From the IMG/VR virus record IMGVR_UViG_3300031813_000669, positions 9,058 through 73,057 of that record: a DNA stretch of 64,000 nt. The stretch is one strand, 5' to 3'. Below, in pieces: positions 26,072 through 35,382 of the stretch. Numbering within the stretch: the stretch's first letter is position 1; each line of letters begins with the position of its first letter. The DNA is from a virus (Duplodnaviria > Caudoviricetes). The notes under the pieces were generated by a model that searched no databases, was not told the origin of the DNA, and was given only the letters and a program-made list of their open reading frames with translations. Both the position numbers and the translations under genes were made by a program.

Positions 26072-26670
26072 TTTTAATTGAAGGTGAAGGTTTTAGTGCC
26101 TACGCCATTTATAATGCAATACATCTGCATTTTACTTCAAGTAGTTATGATTACTTCAAGTATAATGGCGGTACTAATGTAAGTAAAGATTCATTTCTGA
26201 AAAGGAATGATAAATATAAGTTTCATAAACTATCCAGAAAATACTCAAATGATGAGTTAAGAGATTATTTTGTCTCTAATTTTATTCATGCTGAGGTAAA
26301 CTGGGTAGGTGATATTGTAGGTGAAACGGGTGAAACTACCTATCGTGACTGGAAGAAAAGGAATCAAAGTCTGACTTATGTATATCAGAATGATATCAAG
26401 ACTTTATTTGATGAGGTAGATAGTCCAGGTGATCTTTTGGCAATTAAGTCAGGTAACTATCCTAGACTGTTGAAGGTAACAATGGAAGGTAGAATTTCAC
26501 TTGAAACTTTATGTATATTGAATGATATTATGAATTTCTTTCCTATGTGGGAAAAAAAGATAGATGATGATATAATATGGCCGACCTGGAAAAGAAAGGT
26601 TGAACGATATACACCGTTTATCAATTATGATAAAGATAAGTTTAAGAAGATACTGAAGGAAGAAATATGA
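26068..26670 (+). CDS. gp59: Helicase loader
   Basis: AY.IY.AI.LHFTS.SYDYFKYNG; DKYKFHKLSRKY; ISLETL.IL. Confidence 0.92.
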   Translation: MILIEGEGFSAYAIYNAIHLHFTSSSYDYFKYNGGTNVSKDSFLKRNDKYKFHKLSRKYSNDELRDYFVSNFIHAEVNWVGDIVGETGETTYRDWKKRNQSLTYVYQNDIKTLFDEVDSPGDLLAIKSGNYPRLLKVTMEGRISLETLCILNDIMNFFPMWEKKIDDDIIWPTWKRKVERYTPFINYDKDKFKKILKEEI

Positions 26671-27158
26671 AAAAGCCACAAATTAGTTGCATCTACCTTG
26701 ATATGGATGGGGTTATTGCAGACTTTGAAAAGAGATATAAAGAACTCTTTCATATGGAACCTAGAGAGGCTGAAAAACAGGAAAAGTTTAGGCCATTCTT
26801 TGCTGAATTTATCAGAAACCAAAACTTTGCTTCACTTGAACCAATGGAACATTCTATGGATGCCATTTCTTATTTGAAGAAACTCCATGTTCCTACGCAG
26901 ATACTTTCTTCTACAGCCAATGAGAAATATTATGATGATATTTCTAAACAGAAGATGATTTGGTTACAGAAGTATGGTATCACATTTAACCCTATTTTTG
27001 TTCCAGGTAAAAGACTGAAACAACAATATGCCGCACCTGATAAGATTTTGATTGATGATACAGAAATCAACATCAAGCAATGGAATGAAGCAGGAGGCAT
27101 TGGTATTCTCCATAAAGATTGGGAAACCACTCTGGCCATTCTTAAAATGTATGTCTAA
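26667..27158 (+). CDS. HAD-superfamily 5'(3')-deoxyribonucleotidase-like protein
   Basis: IYLDMDGVIADF; ILIDD; W...GGIGILH. Confidence 0.88.
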   Translation: MKKPQISCIYLDMDGVIADFEKRYKELFHMEPREAEKQEKFRPFFAEFIRNQNFASLEPMEHSMDAISYLKKLHVPTQILSSTANEKYYDDISKQKMIWLQKYGITFNPIFVPGKRLKQQYAAPDKILIDDTEINIKQWNEAGGIGILHKDWETTLAILKMYV

Positions 27159-27166
27159 ATAGGGGA

Positions 27167-27195
27167 TTGACAATAAATCTATATTATGTTATAAT
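27167..27195 (+). promoter_or_regulatory. Consensus early promoter for gp32
   Basis: TTGACA-17-TATAAT with TGT extension. Confidence 0.85.
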
Positions 27196-27265
27196 CCGTT
27201 TTTCATTATGTGTAAGTGATATATTCCGTTAATACACCGTTATACACCGTTAATAAGAGGTAATT

Positions 27266-28171
27266 ATGTCTAATTTTGCAAATCTAAAAAAGCAGTCTGG
27301 TAATCTTGATAAGCTTGCAAAGGCTATCGAGCAACTCAATTCTTCCGATTCTGAATCATCTTCCGATAAGTTCTGGCGTCCTGAAACCGATAAGGCAGGC
27401 AATGGTATGGCAACTATTCGTTTCCTACCTGGTGCATCTGTCGATGGTGATGATGCACTTCCTTGGGTTAAGGTATTCTCCCATGGATTCCAGGGTCCAG
27501 GTGGTTGGTTGATCGATAACTGTCTCACCACCAAGAATCAGCAATGTCCTGTTTGTGAACACAATTCTACTCTTTGGAATTCTGGCATCGAAGCGAATAA
27601 GGATATCGTTCGTAAACAGAAGCGTAAGTTGAATTATATTTCTAATGTTTACATCGTTTCTGATCCTAAGCATCCAGAAAATGAAGGTAAGGTTGTTCTA
27701 TTCAAGTATGGTAAGAAAATCTTTGATAAGATTACTGAAGCAATGAATCCGCAGTTTGAAGATGAACCAAAGTTCAATCCCTTTGATCTCTGGAAGGGTG
27801 CCAATTTCAAGTTGAAGATTCGTAAGGTGGATGGATATCCTAACTACGATAAATCTGAATTTGAATCATGCTCTGTATTGAGTGATTTTGATGATGGTGA
27901 ACTTGAAAAGATTTGGAAGTCTGAACATTCATTGAATGATCTGCTTGCAGACAAGGAATTTAAGTCTTATGATGAATTGAAGAATCGTCTTGATCGTGTT
28001 CTTGGTCTGGCTGGAGAATCTCGTCCTAAGACGACCGTTGAACAGATTAAAGAGTCTGCACCTAAGTCTCGTCCTGTTGCGGAAGATGCACCATGGCAAG
28101 ACAAGGCAACGATCTCTGAAGATGATGATGACCTAGATTCATACTTCTCCAAGTTGGTTGAAGAAGATTAA
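27266..28171 (+). CDS. gp32: Single-stranded DNA-binding protein
   Basis: FWRPETDKAGNG.A.IRFLP; HGFQGPGGW; CPVCE; GKKIFDKI; FDLWKGANFKLKI; acidic tail. Confidence 0.97.
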   Translation: MSNFANLKKQSGNLDKLAKAIEQLNSSDSESSSDKFWRPETDKAGNGMATIRFLPGASVDGDDALPWVKVFSHGFQGPGGWLIDNCLTTKNQQCPVCEHNSTLWNSGIEANKDIVRKQKRKLNYISNVYIVSDPKHPENEGKVVLFKYGKKIFDKITEAMNPQFEDEPKFNPFDLWKGANFKLKIRKVDGYPNYDKSEFESCSVLSDFDDGELEKIWKSEHSLNDLLADKEFKSYDELKNRLDRVLGLAGESRPKTTVEQIKESAPKSRPVAEDAPWQDKATISEDDDDLDSYFSKLVEED

Positions 28172-28184
28172 TAATCTCCTAACT

Positions 28185-28214
28185 AAAAACCCCGCTTCGG
28201 CGGGGTTTCTTTTT
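28185..28214. terminator. Bidirectional terminator with UUCG loop
   Basis: AAACCCCGC-TTCG-GCGGGGTTT between convergent operons. Confidence 0.9.
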
Positions 28215-30435
28215 ACCATCTAACTTTCATAGGATTGTTACTCATATAATTCGCAACCTGTAAAGACCAATCTTTGTCTCTCACAGGAATAGATGAGTAG
28301 TCTACAATACCCTTTTCGTTCTTAGATACATTATTTTTGACAGAATTGACTGTCATAGATTGTACCGCTTTATTCCAAGTTGATTCCATAACAGTAGTAG
28401 GATCAGAATTAGGGTCTTCTTTTACTTCTGTTTTTCTTTCTATGGTTGTTAAGGATTCAATCTTTAATCTTATCTTATCAATAGTGGCTGGATCTTCGGC
28501 TTTATCTACAACCTTTTTCAGACCTTTCTGGAACATATCATAATATTTTTCCGCATCAGCCATGAAATCCAATGTTTCTATTTTTTCGGCCTTCTTTATG
28601 GCTTCTTCTTGTATAGGCTTTAATTTCTCAGCAACACCTTGTACTGTTGCTCCTCTTAAAGATGAATAGGTTTCTTTTGCTTTGGCTGATACTTGAGTAG
28701 GTATTTTAGACGCAGACTCTTCAGCCTCCTCGACCTTTTCTTCTGCTTTTTCTTTTGCATCTTCCAATTTTTTGAAAGTTTCTGAACTTGTAACAGTTTC
28801 ACCAAACTTTGTTAATTTACCTTTAGCATAATTGGAAAGTTCTACACCCTTTTCTTTTAAGAAATTCTTTGCAGGTTCTTCAATTTGTTGTGCTATGTGT
28901 CTGGGTAACATTAAATCATAGAATTCAGCATGACCTGATATTTTTGATCCATCAGGACGTTTGATATAATCGGTAACATCAACTGACAATTTATCTTTTT
29001 CAGATTTCATTTGACCGACTTTATTCATATATGCGTCTTTGTCAAAAGTATAGCCGGTACCGACCAATTTTTCTTCAATATGATTCATTTGTTGTTTTCT
29101 CAATTCAAGTATTTTTACTAATTGAGAATTAACTCGGTCTTGATATTCTTTATCACCTTCTTCGGGAGTTTTAGCCAAGACTTCATCCAACTTTTCGGGA
29201 TGATCCATTACATCTTGTAAATAATCTTCACTTTGGAATCTTTTTTTAATATCTTGTTGTGCAGCTGTCTTCTCTGGCATTTGACCAACAATATCTTTTA
29301 AAGTGTCTTGGTACCCTTCTCCATATCTAAGTGTTTTAGCAAAACCAGAGAGACTTGTTACTGCGGCTTGTATTCCGAAAATTGCAGATAGACCTTTCAT
29401 CCACCAAGGACCTAAAGCACCAACAACCATACCAGCAACTCCACCATTTTTACTAGCTTCTGCCATTATAAATCCCATTAAGGATTTTAATGAGTTACCT
29501 ATGAGTGAAGGTAACTGTTCCGAAATAAAAGTAGAAATTCCATCAATAACACTAGATATTTGAGATGTTACCCAGTCCACAACTTCTTTGATAGTACCTT
29601 GTACACCTTCAGATAATGATGTTGACTTATCTGACAACGACTTAAATATTGGTGAATTCTTTACCATGTTAATGACAGGACTTATAAAATCCATAATACC
29701 TTCATAGATACTTTTTATAACATTGATTACAGAAACAATTTTATCACCATATGATACTAGACTTTTTAAAGTTTCTTTTGCAAATTCTTTGATTTCATCT
29801 CGAAATAGATAAACTAATCCAGTAATTGCGGTTGCAAGACCAACCCAGAAAGTACCTTTTAAAATAGATCCAACCTTTCCAAAGAAACCTTTCTTCTTTT
29901 TTAGTCCAAGGTCTTTTTCAACTTTTTCATACTTTCTTTCTCTTTCCTGTTGTTTTTCTTTTTTCAGACCTTTCTTAGAATCTATTTCTTTCTTCTCTTT
30001 CTCTGCATTTTTTGTCATGAAACTATAAATTTTCATAAGAACGTTTTTATAGTATTCACCCAAAGGTAAATCAGGATCAAGATCATATTCTTCATCTTTA
30101 ATTGTAGATGCTGATTCTTTTATAGGCATTCTATTAACAAGTTCAGTTACAGCCAGAACTGTATTTTCTAAACTTTTCATATCTTTTTCAAGATCGGTCA
30201 TGCGACCCAAAATTGCAGGAATTCTGGCATCATCGGCTGATCCACCAGCTTCTTTTTCAGCTATATCAAATTGTCTTCTTTCCGAAAACGTATTTTTTGT
30301 CGAATCTAAAATGGAAGAAATTATATCTTCAATACCAGAAACACGATCTTCTAAATCAACAACCCTTTTTCCTTGGTTCTGATCTTGTAACTGTTTAATA
30401 ACTGCACTTAAATTCGGTTGTCTTTTTTTGGCCAT
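28213..30435 (-). CDS. Tape-measure/baseplate-hub-like helical protein (gp29-like position)
   Basis: 740 aa, coiled-coil rich with a hydrophobic segment, downstream of gp26/gp51. Confidence 0.55.
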   Translation of the reverse strand: MAKKRQPNLSAVIKQLQDQNQGKRVVDLEDRVSGIEDIISSILDSTKNTFSERRQFDIAEKEAGGSADDARIPAILGRMTDLEKDMKSLENTVLAVTELVNRMPIKESASTIKDEEYDLDPDLPLGEYYKNVLMKIYSFMTKNAEKEKKEIDSKKGLKKEKQQERERKYEKVEKDLGLKKKKGFFGKVGSILKGTFWVGLATAITGLVYLFRDEIKEFAKETLKSLVSYGDKIVSVINVIKSIYEGIMDFISPVINMVKNSPIFKSLSDKSTSLSEGVQGTIKEVVDWVTSQISSVIDGISTFISEQLPSLIGNSLKSLMGFIMAEASKNGGVAGMVVGALGPWWMKGLSAIFGIQAAVTSLSGFAKTLRYGEGYQDTLKDIVGQMPEKTAAQQDIKKRFQSEDYLQDVMDHPEKLDEVLAKTPEEGDKEYQDRVNSQLVKILELRKQQMNHIEEKLVGTGYTFDKDAYMNKVGQMKSEKDKLSVDVTDYIKRPDGSKISGHAEFYDLMLPRHIAQQIEEPAKNFLKEKGVELSNYAKGKLTKFGETVTSSETFKKLEDAKEKAEEKVEEAEESASKIPTQVSAKAKETYSSLRGATVQGVAEKLKPIQEEAIKKAEKIETLDFMADAEKYYDMFQKGLKKVVDKAEDPATIDKIRLKIESLTTIERKTEVKEDPNSDPTTVMESTWNKAVQSMTVNSVKNNVSKNEKGIVDYSSIPVRDKDWSLQVANYMSNNPMKVRW

Positions 30436-30443
30436 TTTAATGA

Positions 30444-32756
30444 TTACTCATCGTTAATGTAACTGAATGGATTTGAAAAAATAGATGGATCATCATTAGT
30501 AAAACTTCTATCAACAACAGAATATTTATTTTGTTGAACATTAGTTTGCACATTATTAGTGTGCAAAGATGGCATTTGTAAATTCGGGTCTTTTTTTTCT
30601 TTTCTTGGTATTTCTGTATTTTTATTCAGGTAAGGTGCAACCATTTCTTCAAGTTTTCCAGACTTCATCATATTATTGGTTTTGTCTACCAGATTACCAA
30701 GTAATACTTTCTGTTTCTCAAACATATCCATAGCCATGTCGAGAAAGTCCATACTTTCTTCTGATTTACCTTCATCAATATCAGTTGATTCTGGGAATTT
30801 ACCACCTTGACTGTTTACACCACCTTCTCCTTTTTCAACTTCTATTCTGGAAGGTATATCATACTTTTCTTGAGGTGTTGTTTGATTGATGTGATCTCTC
30901 AATGCTGCCGCAATATCTTCTGGTGGAGTATAATCTGTCTTCCAGGTTCTTCTTTTGCCAATGTCAACGTGAATGAAAGTCTTGTATGCACCAATCCCAC
31001 CAAATCCTAGTCTGCTGGCAGTACGAATGAATTTGACTCTATCAGATGTTCCCCATTGTGCCACATTGATATCCACAGCCATCCTGTGTGTGTGATATGA
31101 ATCCTTTGCGGCACCATGTCCTGCTTTTCTCAGGGCTTCATTGTATGCAGGACTTCTATAACCTGAATTGATAATGAAATTACTCACACCAAGTTCTTCT
31201 CTTAGTTTCTGAACTTTCTTAGCAAGAACCTTTAAAATTCCAGTTTGATCGGGATGTAAGAATCTAAGATTTTTCAAGTCACTTTCAGTTGCAATATCAT
31301 TATCATTTGCAGACTTAACTTCTGCGGTTGTTGAATTTACTCCAGTTTCACCTTTATCTGACGTTTTTGTATTTCTAGGTATTCTGTATGAATCAGGTTC
31401 ACCAGACAATGCAGATTTAAGTACGTCTTGTTTTGGTGCAGGAGTTTCTAGTAAAGCTTTTTCTTCGGCTGGTTTAAACGCTAATGATCTAGGTTCTTTA
31501 ATTGATGTATCAGGTATTTCATTTTTTATTGCAGCCTGAGCTGGATCAATCTTAGTTTCAGGTGTTATTGGTGGTGCTTCTAGAGGTGTTTTATTTCCAG
31601 TAAGTCTTTCTTGATAGGCAGATTGATATTTACCCACCTTATTATACATGAATTGTTTTACTTCACCTACAGTTCTTGCCTGACCTGTTTTTTTATCGTA
31701 GAATACATTTCTGTTTGCTTGTGCAGCCTCAGGCAATACATTTGCGGCAATATCAGAATCATCCGCACGATAAAATCTTCTAGCGCCAGCTGGACCAAAG
31801 AAGTGTCCTGCATAAGTTTTAGTTAAATCTTTTGTGCCTAATTCTTTTTGTGTTTCTTTCATATACAAAGCACCAGCTAATGCATTAGCCTCTGGATCGT
31901 ATATGCTTTTTCCTCTTAATTCTGGGTATTTTTCTTGTAAACCAGCCCATGTACCTTTTGTGATTTGAAACAATCCCTTTGCAGATGATGTTCCAGCGCC
32001 GGCATTTGATTTGAATCCACTTTCTTGTCTGGCAATTGCATACAAACTTGCTTTATCAACACCCGTTGCGGCTGCTGCTTTGTCTATAGCGGAAGCCACC
32101 TGTTCACTTGGCATTGTAAGACCACCAACATCGATTGGTTTTCCTGCATCATATACAGTATCATCACCACCAAAGTCAGGTAGATATGGCTTGACTGTTT
32201 CTGAGAAACTTGTTGAGATATCATCAAGAGTAGAAATGATACCTTGAATGGCTTCAGTAATACCTAACTCATCGGATAAGTTCTTGATTGTTTTACCTAA
32301 TCCTTCGATACCTAGAAGTTTTTCAATTTGTTCCCAATGATTGTAGACAAATCTACCCATAGAAAAGTATTTGAAGTATCTCCAGAGTTTACCCAAAAGA
32401 CCTTCTTTTTCTTCTTCTGGTTCTTCTTTTTCTTCTTCTACTTTTTGCAACAATTGTATTTGTTGTTCAGTTTGAATATCATCTTCTTTTTCTTCTTCAC
32501 TTTCTAGTTTTTTTCTATCAAAACTTTTATTGTAAGAATCACGAACAATAAATTCATAAAGTTTATTGAGAACATCAGATCCATCATTTTTATCTTTTTG
32601 GATCTTATCTTTTGATTTGTTATCTTCCATTGATCTAATGAAAGTTGTAGATATATTAAACCCTCCAAACCTTTTTTTTAGAGATTCGGCAATATCTTTC
32701 TTTTCTTCTTTTGTTAAAGAAGAATCCATTTCATTAACTGTTGGTAAGTATGCCAT
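30444..32756 (-). CDS. Virion-associated protein with SLT lytic transglycosylase and peptidase M15 domains
   Basis: AIARQESG...SSAKGLFQI..GTW (SLT); SGYRSPAYN...SYHT...AVDI...GIGAY..FIHVDIG (M15). Confidence 0.85.
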   Translation of the reverse strand: MAYLPTVNEMDSSLTKEEKKDIAESLKKRFGGFNISTTFIRSMEDNKSKDKIQKDKNDGSDVLNKLYEFIVRDSYNKSFDRKKLESEEEKEDDIQTEQQIQLLQKVEEEKEEPEEEKEGLLGKLWRYFKYFSMGRFVYNHWEQIEKLLGIEGLGKTIKNLSDELGITEAIQGIISTLDDISTSFSETVKPYLPDFGGDDTVYDAGKPIDVGGLTMPSEQVASAIDKAAAATGVDKASLYAIARQESGFKSNAGAGTSSAKGLFQITKGTWAGLQEKYPELRGKSIYDPEANALAGALYMKETQKELGTKDLTKTYAGHFFGPAGARRFYRADDSDIAANVLPEAAQANRNVFYDKKTGQARTVGEVKQFMYNKVGKYQSAYQERLTGNKTPLEAPPITPETKIDPAQAAIKNEIPDTSIKEPRSLAFKPAEEKALLETPAPKQDVLKSALSGEPDSYRIPRNTKTSDKGETGVNSTTAEVKSANDNDIATESDLKNLRFLHPDQTGILKVLAKKVQKLREELGVSNFIINSGYRSPAYNEALRKAGHGAAKDSYHTHRMAVDINVAQWGTSDRVKFIRTASRLGFGGIGAYKTFIHVDIGKRRTWKTDYTPPEDIAAALRDHINQTTPQEKYDIPSRIEVEKGEGGVNSQGGKFPESTDIDEGKSEESMDFLDMAMDMFEKQKVLLGNLVDKTNNMMKSGKLEEMVAPYLNKNTEIPRKEKKDPNLQMPSLHTNNVQTNVQQNKYSVVDRSFTNDDPSIFSNPFSYINDE

Positions 32757-32947
32757 TATCGTCTAGAATTTTGTTCTCTTATTTTCTGGTTTTCTTGCTC
32801 AATATATTGTATCAACAAATTAACATAAATTTCTCTTTCCCAAGGCAACATAGATTCTAATTCATTCAAACTATATTTGTGATGTTGCATCAATGAAAAA
32901 TTGGTCTTATAATGATTGACTAGGTTATCATGACGAAATACTATCCG
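32756..32947 (-). CDS. gp51: gp51-like baseplate hub assembly protein, likely expressed by -1 frameshift from gp26
   Basis: HDNL.N.YKTNFSLMQHHKYSL.ELE.MLPWEREIYV.LL. No ATG precedes the conserved N-terminal part. Confidence 0.8.
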   Translation of the reverse strand, partial: RIVFRHDNLVNHYKTNFSLMQHHKYSLNELESMLPWEREIYVNLLIQYIEQENQKIREQNSRR

Positions 32948-33666
32948 AAAAAATTTTCGAGACCCTCCACGGTAATGGAATGGTCGTAACCACATTTGTC
33001 ACATTTCATTTGAATGTCTTTCTTGATTTTCGGAATATTATCAAAGAATTCTTGTATTTTTGCAAACTGATCTTTATTCAAATATTCAATAAAGTCCATT
33101 AACTCTTTTGGTGTTGTTTCATTTGAGTAGTAATATTGTTGACCATCAAAGATATAATCTACTGAATCTACAATAATTTTAAATGCCGCATCAACAGAAT
33201 TGGTTGATGATGACAATTTTTCGACCAAAGAGAATTCTGGGTATCTCATTGCTATTGAGATTTCATCATTTAATTGAATAATGTTAGCATCTTTTTTATA
33301 TTCATCAACACGAATATCATTCAGATCAATGACAACTTTCATCTTGTTGCCACATTTCTTACCTTCAACTTCGTTGTTACAAATATAATTGTTTTCTACT
33401 ATTTCACCTACTGATTTAGCTCTCAAGGTTAAGAAATAGAATTCAACATCAACTACAGGTAGTTTATCAATATCAATACCTTCAGTCAAAGTACAATTGT
33501 GAAGTATTTGTTTGATATTTCTTTCAATAGTTTCTTTGTCATTAGCTTCTAAAGCCATTAACAAAACTTTTTGTTCACGAACCAAAAAAGGTCTAAATTT
33601 AATTTCCTTTTTAGATAATGGTAACTGTATGTAATATACTGGCGTATCAATTTTTGGCAAAGCCAT
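32941..33666 (-). CDS. gp26: Baseplate hub subunit/assembly chaperone
   Basis: MALPKID.P.Y...LP.SKKEIKFRPFLVREQK.LL; RAKSVGE; C..C...H.ITVEGL.NFF. Confidence 0.92.
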   Translation of the reverse strand: MALPKIDTPVYYIQLPLSKKEIKFRPFLVREQKVLLMALEANDKETIERNIKQILHNCTLTEGIDIDKLPVVDVEFYFLTLRAKSVGEIVENNYICNNEVEGKKCGNKMKVVIDLNDIRVDEYKKDANIIQLNDEISIAMRYPEFSLVEKLSSSTNSVDAAFKIIVDSVDYIFDGQQYYYSNETTPKELMDFIEYLNKDQFAKIQEFFDNIPKIKKDIQMKCDKCGYDHSITVEGLENFFG

Positions 33667-33688
33667 TTTATATCTCCTTCAAATCAGT

Positions 33689-34273
33689 TTATGTTCCTAA
33701 TAGTGATCCTATAGCTGAAGTTCCTAATTGTTTTGCAACAGAATCAATAGTTGCTTCTTGCCATTTGGTGTATGCAAATGTTACTGTTAGTTTGTGATAA
33801 CCTTCATTAGACCAATCCAAATCCAATTGATTTACTACAATTGGGAATGCATCAACTAAAACTGCTCTATATGTGACTTCATTATTATCATTATATTGAG
33901 TAATTCCTATATCAGAAGCATAATTTACTTTGTAGTTGAAATTATATGTAGATGATGGATTAATATATTCTTGCCATTGGTCAAAAAATAATTTCTCACT
34001 CATATCCCTAGATACAATAAATGTCATAGAAACATCATTGTAAATAGATTGATATGGGAATTTTTCTATCGGTGCAGACCCTATTTTTCTTTCTGTTGTA
34101 CCTAGAGTTCTACCTGGCATTTCTGACATTTCACAACGAAAAGTTAAATTTCTGGTTGTAGATAGATATAATGGCCACAGATCAAATGGTATAGGTATGT
34201 TTATGTCATATCTACTAGGTCTAGCAAATCCTTTATCAAAATTAGCTAAAAACTCTCTTATATTAGCGGCCAT
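33689..34273 (-). CDS. gp54: Baseplate tail-tube initiator (gp54/gp19-like)
   Basis: GFARPSRY; LTFRCE..EMPGR; F..WQ..I; L.VTFAY..W. Start at 34273 coupled to the gp2 stop. Confidence 0.8.
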   Translation of the reverse strand: MAANIREFLANFDKGFARPSRYDINIPIPFDLWPLYLSTTRNLTFRCEMSEMPGRTLGTTERKIGSAPIEKFPYQSIYNDVSMTFIVSRDMSEKLFFDQWQEYINPSSTYNFNYKVNYASDIGITQYNDNNEVTYRAVLVDAFPIVVNQLDLDWSNEGYHKLTVTFAYTKWQEATIDSVAKQLGTSAIGSLLGT

Positions 34274-34872
34274 TAAACTTTTCCCTTGATCGTATCTACT
34301 GATTCTTGCCAAACATCTTTAGCTTGAGCTTTCTTAAATTGATGTACAGGTAAAAATAATGCAACATCCCATTCTTCTGGTTGTACTGTCAATATTTTTG
34401 ACCTGATATGTCCTGTCAAATATCTTTTAACACAAGGTTTGAATTCTTTAAATCTCTTTGTTATACAAAGTAGTTCATAAGTAATTCTCAGTCTTTTTAT
34501 TTCATTATCTTCATTGAGAACAGCATATTCAAGTAACTTATCCATAAAGTTAATTCTATACTTTATAGGTAAATAATGTAAATTCAAACCAAGAAAACCA
34601 TCATTGTATTTTTCCAATGGAATAACCAAAGGAAATTTATCATAGTAAGGTAAGTCATTTTTACCTTTTGGATCATAATAAAAGAAATATAAACCACCCA
34701 AAACAAATTTTCTAGTATGTCTGGACTTTTCGTTAGATATACTTTTTGCTATAGGATATGGGTTTTTTATTTCAGAAACTTTCTTCGTCAACCATTGTAT
34801 AGAATCACGGCTCATTGTTTGCAATTGAGCCGCTGATTTATTTTGTGTTAGTGTTGTTAATTTTGAAGCCAT
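34273..34872 (-). CDS. gp2: DNA end protector protein
   Basis: G..YFFYYDPK.K..LPYYD.FPLV; GLNLHYLP...R; KPC.KRYL..H. Confidence 0.92.
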   Translation of the reverse strand: MASKLTTLTQNKSAAQLQTMSRDSIQWLTKKVSEIKNPYPIAKSISNEKSRHTRKFVLGGLYFFYYDPKGKNDLPYYDKFPLVIPLEKYNDGFLGLNLHYLPIKYRINFMDKLLEYAVLNEDNEIKRLRITYELLCITKRFKEFKPCVKRYLTGHIRSKILTVQPEEWDVALFLPVHQFKKAQAKDVWQESVDTIKGKV

Positions 34873-34880
34873 ATATGTAT

Positions 34881-35348
34881 TTAGGTGAGTAATAAGTCAC
34901 TTTCTGTTAATGATTTGAAGGCATCTCCATCAGAAGAAACCATCACTATAAATTCCCATTTTCTATCTTTGCAGTATTCTATTGCAGACTTCCATTTTGC
35001 TTGGTTTACACCCCAAGTAACTACTTCATTAATATATTGTTTGGTAACTCTTTTCTTTTTTTCTGGTGGCCTAGATTGTTTTTCTGGTTTTACCTCAATC
35101 AATAGCGTTTTAATGCCTTTATTTGAGTTGACTTTAACTAGAAAATCTGGAAAATAACGGTGCCATCTACCATCAACTGGTGATTTATATGGTATCTTGA
35201 TTTCTTCTGAAGACCAAGAAATTATATTTGGATCTTTATCGAAACGGTCCATTATCCTACATTCCCAAGATGACCTATAAATAATGTTTCTATGATCACC
35301 TACATACTTTTGGGGATTTCTTGGCGTAAACTTTCCTTTGTAAGACAT
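34881..35348 (-). CDS. gp4: Head completion protein (TnsA-like nuclease fold)
   Basis: YKGKF.P.NPQKY.GD...IIYRSSWE; WSSEE..IPY.SP.DG..HRYFPDF; IEVKP; NQAKW. Confidence 0.93.
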   Translation of the reverse strand: MSYKGKFTPRNPQKYVGDHRNIIYRSSWECRIMDRFDKDPNIISWSSEEIKIPYKSPVDGRWHRYFPDFLVKVNSNKGIKTLLIEVKPEKQSRPPEKKKRVTKQYINEVVTWGVNQAKWKSAIEYCKDRKWEFIVMVSSDGDAFKSLTESDLLLT

Positions 35349-35382
35349 AAATACTATATATATTTAATCCGGATTTAATTAA

